A stretch of 64,000 bases of DNA, from positions 35,043 through 99,042 of the forward strand of contig CAYMKL010000003.1 in the NCBI GenBank assembly GCA_964390805.1, given 5' to 3'. The notes beneath the pieces were generated by a model. The model ran no database searches. It was not told where the DNA came from and saw only the letters and a list, made by a program, of their open reading frames with translations. Both the position numbers and the translations under genes were made by a program. Positions 9,522 through 19,246 of this stretch are shown here, piece after piece (within the stretch, counting starts at the first letter, position 1; every line of letters begins with the position of its first letter). This stretch comes from an uncultured Anaerolineae bacterium (GTDB lineage: Bacteria > Chloroflexota > Anaerolineae > VGOG01).

Positions 9522-10532
9522 ATGAGAGTGGTCAAGATACTGGAGCGGATGCTGGCGGTCGTCCCGATCATGTTTGGGGTGGCCATTGTTGTCTTTCTCT
9601 TCATGCGCCTGACGCCGGGCGATCCGGTGGACATTATGATGGGCGAGGCCGGCTACGTCTCTGAGGGCGAAATAGAGAACTTACGCCGGGAGTTCAACCT
9701 GGACAAGCCCCTCCACGAGCAGCTACTTCTCTTCCTGGCCCGTGCCATCCGGGGCGATCTGGGTAACTCTTACGTCAAACGCGCACCTGTGACCGAGCTC
9801 ATTGCCGAGCGGTTGCCGGCCACCGTCGAACTGGCCCTGGGTGCGCTGATCTTTGGACTGGTAGTGGCTGTGCCCATCGGCATCGTCTCTGCCGTCAGAC
9901 AGTATTCGGTGCTGGATCGGGTGAGCATGGCGGGGGCTTTCCTGGGCATTTCCATGCCCGCTTTCTGGTTGGGCATCATTCTTATGCTTATCTTTTCAGT
10001 GCGTCTCCAGTGGCTTCCGGTGGCAGGGCGCATTGACTATGACGCAGAACTGCAAACGGCCACCGGCCTGTACGTGCTGGACAGCATCCTCACCAGCAAC
10101 AAGGAAGCGTTGATCAGTAGCCTGCGCCACCTGGTGCTGCCTTCCGTCAGCCTGGGGGCAGCGATGGCCGCCACGGTGGCCCGCATCCTGCGCTCCAGCA
10201 TGTTGGAGGTGCTGCGCCAGGATTACGTGATTCTGGCCCGGGCCAAGGGACTGGCAGAGTTCCTGGTTGTCACTAAGCACGCGCTTCGCAACGCGCTCAT
10301 CCCCACCGTGACGGTGGTCGGTTTGCAGGTGGGCGTGCTGCTGGGCGGCAACATGATCGTGGAGACAGTCTTTGGCTGGCCGGGCCTGGGCCGGTTGGTG
10401 GTGCAGGCCATCTTTTCGCGGGACTTTCCTCTGGTGCAGGGAGCGGTAATGGTCTACGCCTTTATTTTTGTCACGGCCAACCTGATCGTGGACGTGCTGT
10501 ACACTTATCTGAACCCCAAGATCACGCTTTAG
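9522..10532 (+). CDS. ABC permease (DppB/OppB family)
   Basis: PGDPV, GDLG.S, RLPATVEL, ARAKGL, HALRNAL, VETVFGWPGLG. Confidence 0.95.
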   Translation: MRVVKILERMLAVVPIMFGVAIVVFLFMRLTPGDPVDIMMGEAGYVSEGEIENLRREFNLDKPLHEQLLLFLARAIRGDLGNSYVKRAPVTELIAERLPATVELALGALIFGLVVAVPIGIVSAVRQYSVLDRVSMAGAFLGISMPAFWLGIILMLIFSVRLQWLPVAGRIDYDAELQTATGLYVLDSILTSNKEALISSLRHLVLPSVSLGAAMAATVARILRSSMLEVLRQDYVILARAKGLAEFLVVTKHALRNALIPTVTVVGLQVGVLLGGNMIVETVFGWPGLGRLVVQAIFSRDFPLVQGAVMVYAFIFVTANLIVDVLYTYLNPKITL

Positions 10533-10554
10533 CGAAAGGCGGATTCTTCTGGAT

Positions 10555-11481
10555 ATGGAAGCTCAAAGCACTACTTTGAACCAAGCTCTTTATCCTTTCA
10601 AACTCCGGCTCGAGCTTTGGAGGCACAACAGCCTTAACTTTCTCCGCGAGCTTTGGGGGCAGCCTTCAGCGATGCTGGGGGCGGCGTTGATCGGGCTCTT
10701 TGTGCTGATAGCGATCTTTGCGCCCCAAGTCTCACCCCATGATCCCGCCAAAGGAAATCTGAGGAACCAGTTGATCCCCCCCCTCTGGCAAGAAGGAAAC
10801 AACCCTGAGTTTTTATTGGGCACTGACGTGCAGGGCCGCGATCTTCTGTCGCGCATCATTTTCGGAGCCAGGATCTCGTTGTGGGTGGGGATACTAGCGG
10901 TGGGCATCTCGGCCTCGATCGGTACGGCTTTGGGAGCGGTGAGCGGCTACTATCGCGGTTGGGTGGACGCCCTCATCTCTCGATTTGCTGACTTGCTCAT
11001 GGCCTTTCCCTTCCTCATTTTTGCCATCGGCATGATGGCCTTCTTGGGGCCGGGTTTCGCCAACCTGCTGCTGGCCTTGACGCTCAAGGGCTGGGTTGTG
11101 TTCTTCCGCCTGGCCCGGGGCGCGGTCATGGCCGAAAAGACTACCGAATACGTCGAGGCGGCCAAGGTGGTGGGTCAGTCCAACCCCATCATTATCATCA
11201 GCGAGATTCTGCCTAACATCTTCCATGCCATCCTGGTGCTGGGCACACTGCGTATGGGATCAATGATCATCACCGAGGCCAGCCTGAGCTTCCTGGGTCT
11301 GGGCATCCAGCCGCCTACGCCAGCCTGGGGTTCCATGGTCTCCGACGGGCGGGACTATCTGGTCACCTCCTGGTGGATCGCCACCCTGCCAGGACTGGCC
11401 ATTCTGGTTCTGGTGTTAAGCATCAACCTCTTTGGCGAGGGCCTGCGGGACATTCTGGACCCTCGCCTGAAAGTCGAGTGA
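10555..11481 (+). CDS. ABC permease (DppC/OppC family)
   Basis: LGTD.QGRDLLSR, EYVEAA, EASLSFLGLG, GEGLRD.LDP. Confidence 0.95.
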   Translation: MEAQSTTLNQALYPFKLRLELWRHNSLNFLRELWGQPSAMLGAALIGLFVLIAIFAPQVSPHDPAKGNLRNQLIPPLWQEGNNPEFLLGTDVQGRDLLSRIIFGARISLWVGILAVGISASIGTALGAVSGYYRGWVDALISRFADLLMAFPFLIFAIGMMAFLGPGFANLLLALTLKGWVVFFRLARGAVMAEKTTEYVEAAKVVGQSNPIIIISEILPNIFHAILVLGTLRMGSMIITEASLSFLGLGIQPPTPAWGSMVSDGRDYLVTSWWIATLPGLAILVLVLSINLFGEGLRDILDPRLKVE

Positions 11482-11497
11482 GCAGAGGTAGCAACCG

Positions 11498-12955
11498 ATG
11501 AGCGTGAGTAGCCCTGGCCTCAGCCGAGCACGCCTCTGTACCATCACCGAGAATGAGATCGAGCACATTCATGACGGCGCGCTCCAGAGTCTGGCTCGGA
11601 CGGGCATCGCCATCCACGACGAGGCCGTGCTGACTCTGCTGGATGAAGCAGGCTGCCGGGTTGACCATGAGACCCGCCACGTCTGTATCCAAGCGCCGGT
11701 GGTAGAGAATGCCGTAGCCACAGCCCCGCCGACGGTCGGCCTCTACAACCGGCTGGGGAAGCAGGTGATGGCCCTGGGCACAGGCCCCTTTCATGCGCGC
11801 ACTTCCAGCGGGGCAACGGGCATTCTCGATCTGGATAGCGGCCGGCGACGCAGGCCCAACTGTCAGGATGCAGCCAATGTCGTACGGCTGGCCGACGCCC
11901 TCCCTCACGTCCACGGTGTGAGCACAATGGCGGTGCAGCCGGCCGATATACCCGTCACCGCGGTGGATGTCCGCACAGTGAGGCTTGCTTTGGCCAACAC
12001 AGTGAAGCCGCTGGGCTACGTCTGCCTCAACGAGCGCCTCATCGAACCGGTTCTGGCCATGTCGGCAGTGGTGGCAGGGGGAGAAGATGCTTTGCGGGAG
12101 CGGCCCTTTATCACTGCTCTGGCCGAATCCACCTCACCGCTGCAGTTGGTGTCGAGCCAGTTGGCCGTGCTGAAGGCTTTTGCCTCGCGGGGGCTGCCGC
12201 TCACACTCCATGCTCACCCTATGGCCGGCTTCACCGCGCCGGTGACGCTGGCTGGTGAGTTGGTGATTACCCACGCCGAAGTCCTGGCCCTGGTGACCAT
12301 CGCTCAGTTGATCCGACCGGGCACCCCGGTGGTCTATGGCATGTCGTCGTCGGTGCCGGATATGCGAAGCGGGAGTAATCTGTCTGGTGCGGTGGAGATT
12401 GGACTGATGGGTGCAGCGGTGGCGCGATTGTCCAGGCGTTGCGGTCTGCCCTGCGTCATGAGCAGTGGCACCGATGCTCATGTGCCGGGCGCTCAGGCGA
12501 TGCTGGAACGGCTGATGACTCTGTTGCCCCCGGCGTTGGCCGGCATTGACCTCGTCAACCTGACCACAATGGACACCAAGATGTCCTTCAGCCTGGAGCA
12601 ACTGGTCATTGATGAAGCAATTCTGAGTGTCATTGAGCGCTACCTGCGGGGAATCACCGTGGACGACGAGACCCTGGCCCTCGACCTGATCCACGAGATC
12701 GGGCCGGGGGGCGCTTTTACGACCACGGCCCATACCATTCGTCACTTCCGGGACGAGTTGTTGATCCCAGACCTGATCGGCCGTGAATCCCGGGAGTCGT
12801 GGCAAGCGGCTGGCGCGCCGGATGTGCGAACGCGAGCGCAGGAAAAAGCTCGCCGCATCCTGGCGGAGCATCGGCCGCTGCCGCTGGCGGACAGCATCGC
12901 TGTGCAGCTCGATGAAATCGTGAAAGAAACCGAGAGTCAAACCTTGACCTATTAA
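11498..12955 (+). CDS. Trimethylamine methyltransferase (MttB) superfamily protein, non-pyrrolysine
   Basis: IH..AL..L...GI, SPL, G.TAPVTLAG, Q...PG.PVVYG, DMRSG, D...P..QA, S.EQLVID, GPGG.F...HT; no in-frame TAG. Confidence 0.9.
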   Translation: MSVSSPGLSRARLCTITENEIEHIHDGALQSLARTGIAIHDEAVLTLLDEAGCRVDHETRHVCIQAPVVENAVATAPPTVGLYNRLGKQVMALGTGPFHARTSSGATGILDLDSGRRRRPNCQDAANVVRLADALPHVHGVSTMAVQPADIPVTAVDVRTVRLALANTVKPLGYVCLNERLIEPVLAMSAVVAGGEDALRERPFITALAESTSPLQLVSSQLAVLKAFASRGLPLTLHAHPMAGFTAPVTLAGELVITHAEVLALVTIAQLIRPGTPVVYGMSSSVPDMRSGSNLSGAVEIGLMGAAVARLSRRCGLPCVMSSGTDAHVPGAQAMLERLMTLLPPALAGIDLVNLTTMDTKMSFSLEQLVIDEAILSVIERYLRGITVDDETLALDLIHEIGPGGAFTTTAHTIRHFRDELLIPDLIGRESRESWQAAGAPDVRTRAQEKARRILAEHRPLPLADSIAVQLDEIVKETESQTLTY

Positions 12956-12996
12956 CTTGCTGACCTGTTGCTTTGAAACAGAGAGGTGTTCTTGAG

Positions 12997-14079
12997 ATGG
13001 AGTTCTCTTGGAAAGTGGGTGCTCGCGGGATGCAGTTTTCAGGGAAAGAAGCCGAAGATCAACCTGTGGGCACTACGTCCCCGCTGTTAGAACTGGATAA
13101 CCTGACCACGGTCTTTCCCACCCGGCGCGGCCTGGTGCGCGCCGTGGACGGCCTTAGCTTCCAGTTGCACGAAGGAGAAAAGCTGGGCATCGTGGGCGAA
13201 TCGGGATCGGGCAAGAGCGTCACCTTGCTCTCTATCCTGCGGCTGGTGCCTAGTCCGGGTGAGACTGTCAACGGAGAGGTGTGCTTTCGGGACCAGAATC
13301 TCCTGACCAAATCTGCCAGAGAGATGCGGCAGATCCGGGGCAAAGACGTGGCCATGATCTTTCAGGACCCCATGACCACTCTGAACCCGGCTTTTCTGGT
13401 GGGAGACCAAATCCGCGAATCTTTGCGGATTCACGACATTGTTCCCCGTTCCGATGGACTGTTTTCCCGCCTGTTCGACCGGAAGCGCAAAGCTGCCGAA
13501 TACCAGCGTGTCTGGGAGGCGATGGCCGACGTGGGCATCCCTGTGCCCCGCCAGAGCGCGCGCCGCTATCCGCACCAGTTCAGCGGCGGGATGCAGCAAC
13601 GCGCCCTGACGGCCATCGCGCTGGCTTGTGAACCCCAGGTACTGCTGGCCGACGAACCAACCACTGCCCTCGACGTGACCATACAGGCCCAGATCTTGAC
13701 TCTATTGGACAAGATCAATCAAGAGCACGGCACAGCCATTGTCTTGGTGACCCATAACTTGGGGGTGGTGGCCGAGTTCTGTCAGCGAATCATCGTGATG
13801 TACGCCGGGCAGTTGATGGAACAGGGCCAGATTGATCAGGTCACAGAAGATCCAGTGCATCCCTACACGCGCGGTCTGCTGTGCTGCCTGCCCAGGATCG
13901 GTGCTCAACGGGAGAGAATCTCGCCCATTCCCGGCCTGGTGCCCGATCTGGCCGACCTGCCGCCGGGCTGCCCTTTTTCTCCGCGCTGCGACGTGGCCAT
14001 GCCCGAATGTTCGCAACTCGAAGCCATTCCGCTGAGAGAACTGCCAGACGGTCGGCTGGTTCGCTGCCTGCTCCACTAG
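12997..14079 (+). CDS. ABC ATP-binding protein (DppD/OppD family)
   Basis: [41 protein letters not shown]; start chosen from RBS GAGAGG. Confidence 0.95.
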   Translation: MEFSWKVGARGMQFSGKEAEDQPVGTTSPLLELDNLTTVFPTRRGLVRAVDGLSFQLHEGEKLGIVGESGSGKSVTLLSILRLVPSPGETVNGEVCFRDQNLLTKSAREMRQIRGKDVAMIFQDPMTTLNPAFLVGDQIRESLRIHDIVPRSDGLFSRLFDRKRKAAEYQRVWEAMADVGIPVPRQSARRYPHQFSGGMQQRALTAIALACEPQVLLADEPTTALDVTIQAQILTLLDKINQEHGTAIVLVTHNLGVVAEFCQRIIVMYAGQLMEQGQIDQVTEDPVHPYTRGLLCCLPRIGAQRERISPIPGLVPDLADLPPGCPFSPRCDVAMPECSQLEAIPLRELPDGRLVRCLLH

Positions 14080-14117
14080 CGCCAACCATCCGCCATCCGC
14101 TGCTCAGGAGGACCGAT

Positions 14118-15155
14118 TTGTCAGAACAACCCTTGGTCGAAGCACAAGGAATCAAAATGCACTTTCCCATCCGGCACAGCCTGTTGGCCAAACTCCTGGC
14201 CGGGCGGAGAGATCAGTGGGTGAAGGCGGTGGATGGGGTGGATCTCAAGATCTATCCTGGACGGACCGTAGGGCTGGTGGGGGAGTCGGGCTGCGGCAAG
14301 ACCACTTTTGGCCGGGTGCTGACGCGCCTCTACGAGCCCACGGTCGGCCGGGTGCTGTTCCGGGGACATCCTATCAGTACCAGTGACGCCAGTCGAGAGG
14401 TCGTGGTCTTTGACAACGGGCAGAAGGTTTCGGGGAGCCTGCCCTTGGATCGGCTGAGCTTTTACCAAACGACTCAGATGATCTTCCAGAACCCTTACTC
14501 TTCGCTGAACCCTCGTAAAACGGTGCGGCAGATCGTCTCCGTGCCACTGAAAAACCGGGGGATCAAGGGCTTCAAGGCCATCGAGGAAGAGATCGCCCAC
14601 CTCTTGCAGCGAGTGGGTATCCCGGAGCGCCGCATAGACGCCTATCCGCATCAGTTCAGCGGCGGACAGCGCCAGCGCATCGGCATTGCCCGCGCGCTGG
14701 CCATGCGCCCCAAGTTCATCGTCTGCGACGAGCCGGTCTCGGCCCTGGACGTATCTATCCAGGCTCAGGTGATCAACTTGCTGGACGAGCTGCAAGAGGA
14801 ATTCAATCTGACCTTTCTGTTTATTGCCCACGATCTGAGCGTCGTCCACTACGTAAGCGATCGGGTGGCCATCATGTACCTGGGCAAGATCGTCGAGGAA
14901 GGCCCAACCGACGGGGTTTTTGCGCATCCGGTGCATCCGTACACCCAGGCATTGATGGCTGCCGTGCCGGTGGTGGACAAGGCTGCTCGCCGGAAGCGAA
15001 TCATCCTGGAGGGGACCGTGCCCAGCCCCATTGACCCGCCCAGCGGCTGCCGCTTTCACACGCGCTGCTTTGCCAATAAGGGAAAGATGTGTCAAGAAGA
15101 AGAGCCAGCCTTGCAGGAGATAGCTTCCGGCCACTGGGTCGCCTGCCATCTCTAG
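14118..15155 (+). CDS. ABC ATP-binding protein (DppF/OppF family)
   Basis: [37 protein letters not shown]; TTG start after AGGAGG. Confidence 0.95.
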   Translation: MSEQPLVEAQGIKMHFPIRHSLLAKLLAGRRDQWVKAVDGVDLKIYPGRTVGLVGESGCGKTTFGRVLTRLYEPTVGRVLFRGHPISTSDASREVVVFDNGQKVSGSLPLDRLSFYQTTQMIFQNPYSSLNPRKTVRQIVSVPLKNRGIKGFKAIEEEIAHLLQRVGIPERRIDAYPHQFSGGQRQRIGIARALAMRPKFIVCDEPVSALDVSIQAQVINLLDELQEEFNLTFLFIAHDLSVVHYVSDRVAIMYLGKIVEEGPTDGVFAHPVHPYTQALMAAVPVVDKAARRKRIILEGTVPSPIDPPSGCRFHTRCFANKGKMCQEEEPALQEIASGHWVACHL

Positions 15156-15170
15156 GCTGAAGGAGGATGA

Positions 15171-16253
15171 TTGCCAGCAACGACCATCAGCGTAAACGGG
15201 TCTCACTATCAGATGGGACGGCAACACGGATTTCAGGTCAGGGGATTGCGCCCGCTGATCGTTGAGGCCATCGAAGCACGTTTCCGTCAGATCGAGCAGT
15301 ACGGTCCCGACGCGCGCTTTGAGGCGCTGCTGCGAGAAACTCACGAGTTGCTTCAAGATATTGATGCCCCGCTATTAGACATGATCCGGGGGCAGGCCGA
15401 AGCACTGGATTTCGAGTTCGACACACTACTGCGTTACGACCTGGTGACCTACCTACTCGACTACTTGGTGACCCGCAAGCCTCCGAGTAGTGAGGGCTGT
15501 ACCACCTGGGCCGCCACGGGGTCGGCCACTGGGGGTGGACAGCCCATCCTGGTCAAGAACCGAGATAATCGCCTGGAGCGGTTGCCTCTGCAAATCGTGA
15601 TCCACGCCACGCCTGAGGCCGGTTATCGCTACGTCTGTAGCGGCAGCGCCGGCAGCTCGGGCGTTTTCTGTGCCGGGATCAACCAGGCAGGGCTGGCCGT
15701 CGCCGATACCCACGTCTGCTCCACCGACCTCGGCCCTGGCCTGCCTGACTACTCGCTGATGATGCACATCTTGGAAGCGCACGACAGCGTGTCTTCGGCG
15801 CTGGATTACCTGCGCTCCGTGCCTCGCCAGGGGCGGAACAACCTCATCCTGGCCGATGCCCAGGGGCATCTGGCCGTCTTTGAGATCGGCCACCGTCGCT
15901 ATGGCCTGTTCGAGACCCACGATGGCACACTGGTGAACACCAACCACTTTGTCAGCCCCGAACTGCGGGATTGCTTTGTGGACACCAGTCCGCCGCCGAA
16001 GAGAGGTAACTCATTCCATCGCTACGAGAGAGTGACCAGGGAATTGGACGCTGCTTTCGGCCAGATTGACGCGCCCTTTGCCCAGCGGTTGATGGCCAGC
16101 CACGACGGCCCGTTGGCTTCCATCTGTCGCCACGCGGTGGCGGGCAAGGATTCTGCTACTATCTCGACGAGCATCTTTTTGCCCGTGCAGCGGACGATGC
16201 TTTTCTGTCACGGGCTGCCCTGTCAGGGGCAGTATGACGAATTCATGCTCTAG
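15171..16253 (+). CDS. Peptidase C45 family Ntn-hydrolase (acyl-CoA:6-APA acyltransferase-like)
   Basis: EG|CT autoproteolytic Cys, KNRD, GINQAGL, N..LAD, NTNHF, S..R..R. Confidence 0.85.
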   Translation: MPATTISVNGSHYQMGRQHGFQVRGLRPLIVEAIEARFRQIEQYGPDARFEALLRETHELLQDIDAPLLDMIRGQAEALDFEFDTLLRYDLVTYLLDYLVTRKPPSSEGCTTWAATGSATGGGQPILVKNRDNRLERLPLQIVIHATPEAGYRYVCSGSAGSSGVFCAGINQAGLAVADTHVCSTDLGPGLPDYSLMMHILEAHDSVSSALDYLRSVPRQGRNNLILADAQGHLAVFEIGHRRYGLFETHDGTLVNTNHFVSPELRDCFVDTSPPPKRGNSFHRYERVTRELDAAFGQIDAPFAQRLMASHDGPLASICRHAVAGKDSATISTSIFLPVQRTMLFCHGLPCQGQYDEFML

Positions 16254-16369
16254 TTTACCACGGGATACTTCTTGGAGACCTCCGATTGTCAAGTGGGCAG
16301 CAGGCTGGTGCCCCCACGCCAACGTATTATGCGACGGGTCGGTAACATTTTGCGAGTGGATACGCCCAT

Positions 16370-16398
16370 TTGACAAATATCTAGCTTTTGGATATAAT
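16370..16398 (+). promoter_or_regulatory. Consensus sigma70 promoter for gntR, overlapped by AATATC(T)A direct repeats
   Basis: TTGACA(16370-16375)-17 bp-TATAAT(16393-16398); AATATCTA/AATATCA repeats between 16376 and 16418. Confidence 0.85.
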
Positions 16399-16478
16399 AT
16401 CAAATATCTAATATCTAATCCCGAATTCGATTGCGCCCTCGACAGAAAACAACTACGAATACTGCGAGCAGAACTGAA

Positions 16479-17195
16479 ATGCCCAATCAACTCAAATCAA
16501 TCCAGAATCACCGCCCACTAGCCGACCTTGTTTTCGAGCAACTGCGCGACTCGATTATTGATGGTCGGCTGAAGCGAGGCCAGTGGCTGCGCCAGGAGAC
16601 ATTAGCTCAGGAGTTGGCCGTCAGCCAGATGCCCGTCCGAGAGGCCCTCAAACGGCTAGTAGCTGAAGGTCTGGCCGAACGTATCCCCTACAAAGGGGTA
16701 AAGGTGGTCGAGTTTTCACCGGAAGACATTGTAGATATTTGCACAACCCGACTAGTGCTAGAAGGCTTGGCTGTCCGCTTCGCCACACCATTAATCACGG
16801 GGGAGACTCTGGAGCGGTTGAAGGAGAACGTGAAAGAGGCAGAAGGGTATACAGAGCAGGATCAGATGGCCAAGCGCCGCGAGTTGAATGCCGAATTTCA
16901 CCTTTCGATTTGCCGAGCCAGTGGCCGCCAGTACCTGGTTCGCCTGCTGGAGGCGGTATGGGGTTGGTTCCCCAGTGTGATGCTGTACGAGGGAATGTTT
17001 CGGCAAGAAGAGCTGTTGCCCGACCGTCTGGAACGAGAGCGGCGGGAGCACTGGGCCATCCTGGATGCCCTGGAAAGATGCGATGCCGAGCAGGCTGAAG
17101 AGGAGATCCGGCATCATATTCAGAACCTGTCCCATGAGTTGACGGAAGTGCTTGGTATACCCAAGGAAGTGGTAGAAGCACTGGAAACTCTCTGA
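16479..17195 (+). CDS. GntR family regulator (FCD domain)
   Basis: LAQELAVSQMPVREALKRLVAEGL, R..LE, NAEFH, EH..I. Confidence 0.92.
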   Translation: MPNQLKSIQNHRPLADLVFEQLRDSIIDGRLKRGQWLRQETLAQELAVSQMPVREALKRLVAEGLAERIPYKGVKVVEFSPEDIVDICTTRLVLEGLAVRFATPLITGETLERLKENVKEAEGYTEQDQMAKRRELNAEFHLSICRASGRQYLVRLLEAVWGWFPSVMLYEGMFRQEELLPDRLERERREHWAILDALERCDAEQAEEEIRHHIQNLSHELTEVLGIPKEVVEALETL

Positions 17196-17282
17196 GTTCG
17201 CCGAAACGGGATTCCCTGGCTGTTCCTGTGCAGGGCGTGAGAGTTTGTTGATGGGAGCTGGCCCTGAGGGAAAAGGAAGGCG

Positions 17283-17375
17283 GAAAGGAGGAGAGCCTAT
17301 CGCACAAAAATGTCGAGTTCTCGCGCTAGTCTTAAGACTCAAGACTCAAAACACAAACCAAGAAGGAGGTAAGAA
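17283..17375 (+). promoter_or_regulatory. Conserved dual-SD leader (copy 2)
   Basis: Matches 7557-7630, with two extra AAGACTC heptamers. Confidence 0.7.
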
Positions 17376-19151
17376 ATGTCTAGGAAGAAACTTATCAATC
17401 TGGTTCTAACACTCGTCATGCTGCTGCCTCTGGGGCTGAGCGTGGTCAATGCTGCTCCACCAGCCCAGGAGATGACCTACACGGTTAAGCTAGGCGACAA
17501 CCTCTGGACCCTGGCGGAGAAGTACCTGGGCAGCGGTCCGGCCTATCAGACCATCGTTAGCGCCACCAACGCCAAACATGGGGGAGATCCCAGCTTCGCC
17601 TACATTGATAACCCTAGCCTGATCCATCCCGGCTGGAAGTTACTCATCCCCGGCGCCGAGGAGGCTGCGGGGCTTACGGCCCCTGAGCCGACGGGTCAGA
17701 TCATTATCTCGGAGACGGCAGACACCAATGCTCTTGACCCCAAGTACCTCAAGGGACGTCAGTCACAGGACGTCTTGCGCGTGATGTTCGACAGTCTCTA
17801 CCATAGAGACAACAATATGCAGATCGTTCCCTGGCTGGCCACTTCCTACGAGAACCCCGACGAACTCACCTGGCGCTTCCATCTACGCCAGGCAGTGAAG
17901 TTCCACAATGGGAATGACTTCAAAGCTAACGACGTCAAGTTCACGCTCGGTCGGCTGGTCGAAGATGACTCGCAGTTCAGTACGCGAAAGTACGTGGATA
18001 GAGTCGAGGTGGTAGATGACTACACCGTGGACATTATCACCCACGAGCCCTACGCGGCCTTTATGACCAGAGTCGTCCTCTGGCACATGACCGATGAAGA
18101 GTATTTCAACGAAGTCGGGGCGGAAGGGTTTGCCAGTAACCCCGTCGGTACCGGTCCCTTCACGTTCGTGGAGTGGGTCAAAGATGAGCGGGTAGTGTGT
18201 GAAGCCAACCGCAACTATTGGGGCGGCTCACCCAAAATCAAGACGGTCATCTTCACGCCTATCCCAGAGTCGGCGACCCGTATAGCCGCTGTGGAGGCAG
18301 GCGACGTTGATATCATCGCTGCTGTGCCGCCGGAGTATGTTGATCAGGCGCCAGAAGGTGTTGAGGTCGTGACGGTGCCCGGCACTCGCGCCTACTACCT
18401 CGGCATGAACGTGAACATGGAGCCCTTCGATGATGTACGGGTACGACAGGCCATGAACTATGCCATTGACGTCGAGTCCATCATTGAGAATGTGCTGAAC
18501 GGCTTGGCCAGACGGATTGACAACCCGCTATTGCCAGAGGCCGTCGGCTACACTGCCACGCCGGTCTACAGCTACGATCCCGACAAGACCAGGAGCTTGC
18601 TGGCTGAAGCTGGCTATCCCGACGGTTTCGAGATTGAGCTCGACACGCAGCCTCCGTTCAAAGAAATCGCCGAGGCGTTGGCCGGCCAGCTCAGTGAGGT
18701 GGGCATCACGGCCAACGTCAACATCATGGAAAAGGCCGCTCTCTACGCCAAGTACGAGCCGGGCTTCAGCCAGACCTTCCTGACTTCCTGGGGCAACTCG
18801 GAGGCGGATGCCGACGGTATACTATCCAAGCAGTTCCATTCCAACCGCTACAGCTGCAATCTGTTTGGTCCCGAGGGAGAAACCGGCTATGGTGATGCCA
18901 ACCTCGGTTGCTACTACACCGGCTTTGCTAATGCCGAGGTAGATGCAGCTATCGAAGCAGGGGCCAGGGATGTGGATCCAGAAAACCGGAAGGAGTATTA
19001 CGCCACGGCGGTAAAGATCATCGTCGAGGAGGCCCCGTGGCTCTTCCTCTACAACCCCGTCGAAGTCTACGCCCAGAGGGATCGGGTCCAGGGCTGGGTG
19101 CCCCGCTCGGATGCACTGATCGTCTTGGACGAGGCCTGGATCGCGGACTAG
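17376..19151 (+). CDS. LysM domain fused to a family-5 ABC substrate-binding protein
   Basis: Sec signal without lipobox (VVNA|APP); YTVKLGDNLWTLAEKYLG..NPSLIHPGWKLLIP; SBP5 motifs VKFHNG, PVGTGPF, PFDDVRVRQAMNYAID. Confidence 0.9.
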   Translation: MSRKKLINLVLTLVMLLPLGLSVVNAAPPAQEMTYTVKLGDNLWTLAEKYLGSGPAYQTIVSATNAKHGGDPSFAYIDNPSLIHPGWKLLIPGAEEAAGLTAPEPTGQIIISETADTNALDPKYLKGRQSQDVLRVMFDSLYHRDNNMQIVPWLATSYENPDELTWRFHLRQAVKFHNGNDFKANDVKFTLGRLVEDDSQFSTRKYVDRVEVVDDYTVDIITHEPYAAFMTRVVLWHMTDEEYFNEVGAEGFASNPVGTGPFTFVEWVKDERVVCEANRNYWGGSPKIKTVIFTPIPESATRIAAVEAGDVDIIAAVPPEYVDQAPEGVEVVTVPGTRAYYLGMNVNMEPFDDVRVRQAMNYAIDVESIIENVLNGLARRIDNPLLPEAVGYTATPVYSYDPDKTRSLLAEAGYPDGFEIELDTQPPFKEIAEALAGQLSEVGITANVNIMEKAALYAKYEPGFSQTFLTSWGNSEADADGILSKQFHSNRYSCNLFGPEGETGYGDANLGCYYTGFANAEVDAAIEAGARDVDPENRKEYYATAVKIIVEEAPWLFLYNPVEVYAQRDRVQGWVPRSDALIVLDEAWIAD

Positions 19152-19190
19152 ACTATCGGAGCTATATCACACACAACTCCGAGGACGTTA

Positions 19191-19218
19191 GAGCGCCGCC
19201 CCCAAGGGGGCGGCGCTC
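19191..19218 (+). other. GC-rich hairpin downstream of the LysM-SBP gene
   Basis: GAGCGCCGCCCCC-AA-GGGGGCGGCGCTC; no U-tract. Confidence 0.7.
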
Positions 19219-19246
19219 AATCCATCTTTGCAGCAGAGGACAAGAC

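Noticed and set aside
11498-12955. Pyrrolysine read-through in MttB
   Set aside because: The ORF is full length with no in-frame TAG, and no pyl genes are in the window.
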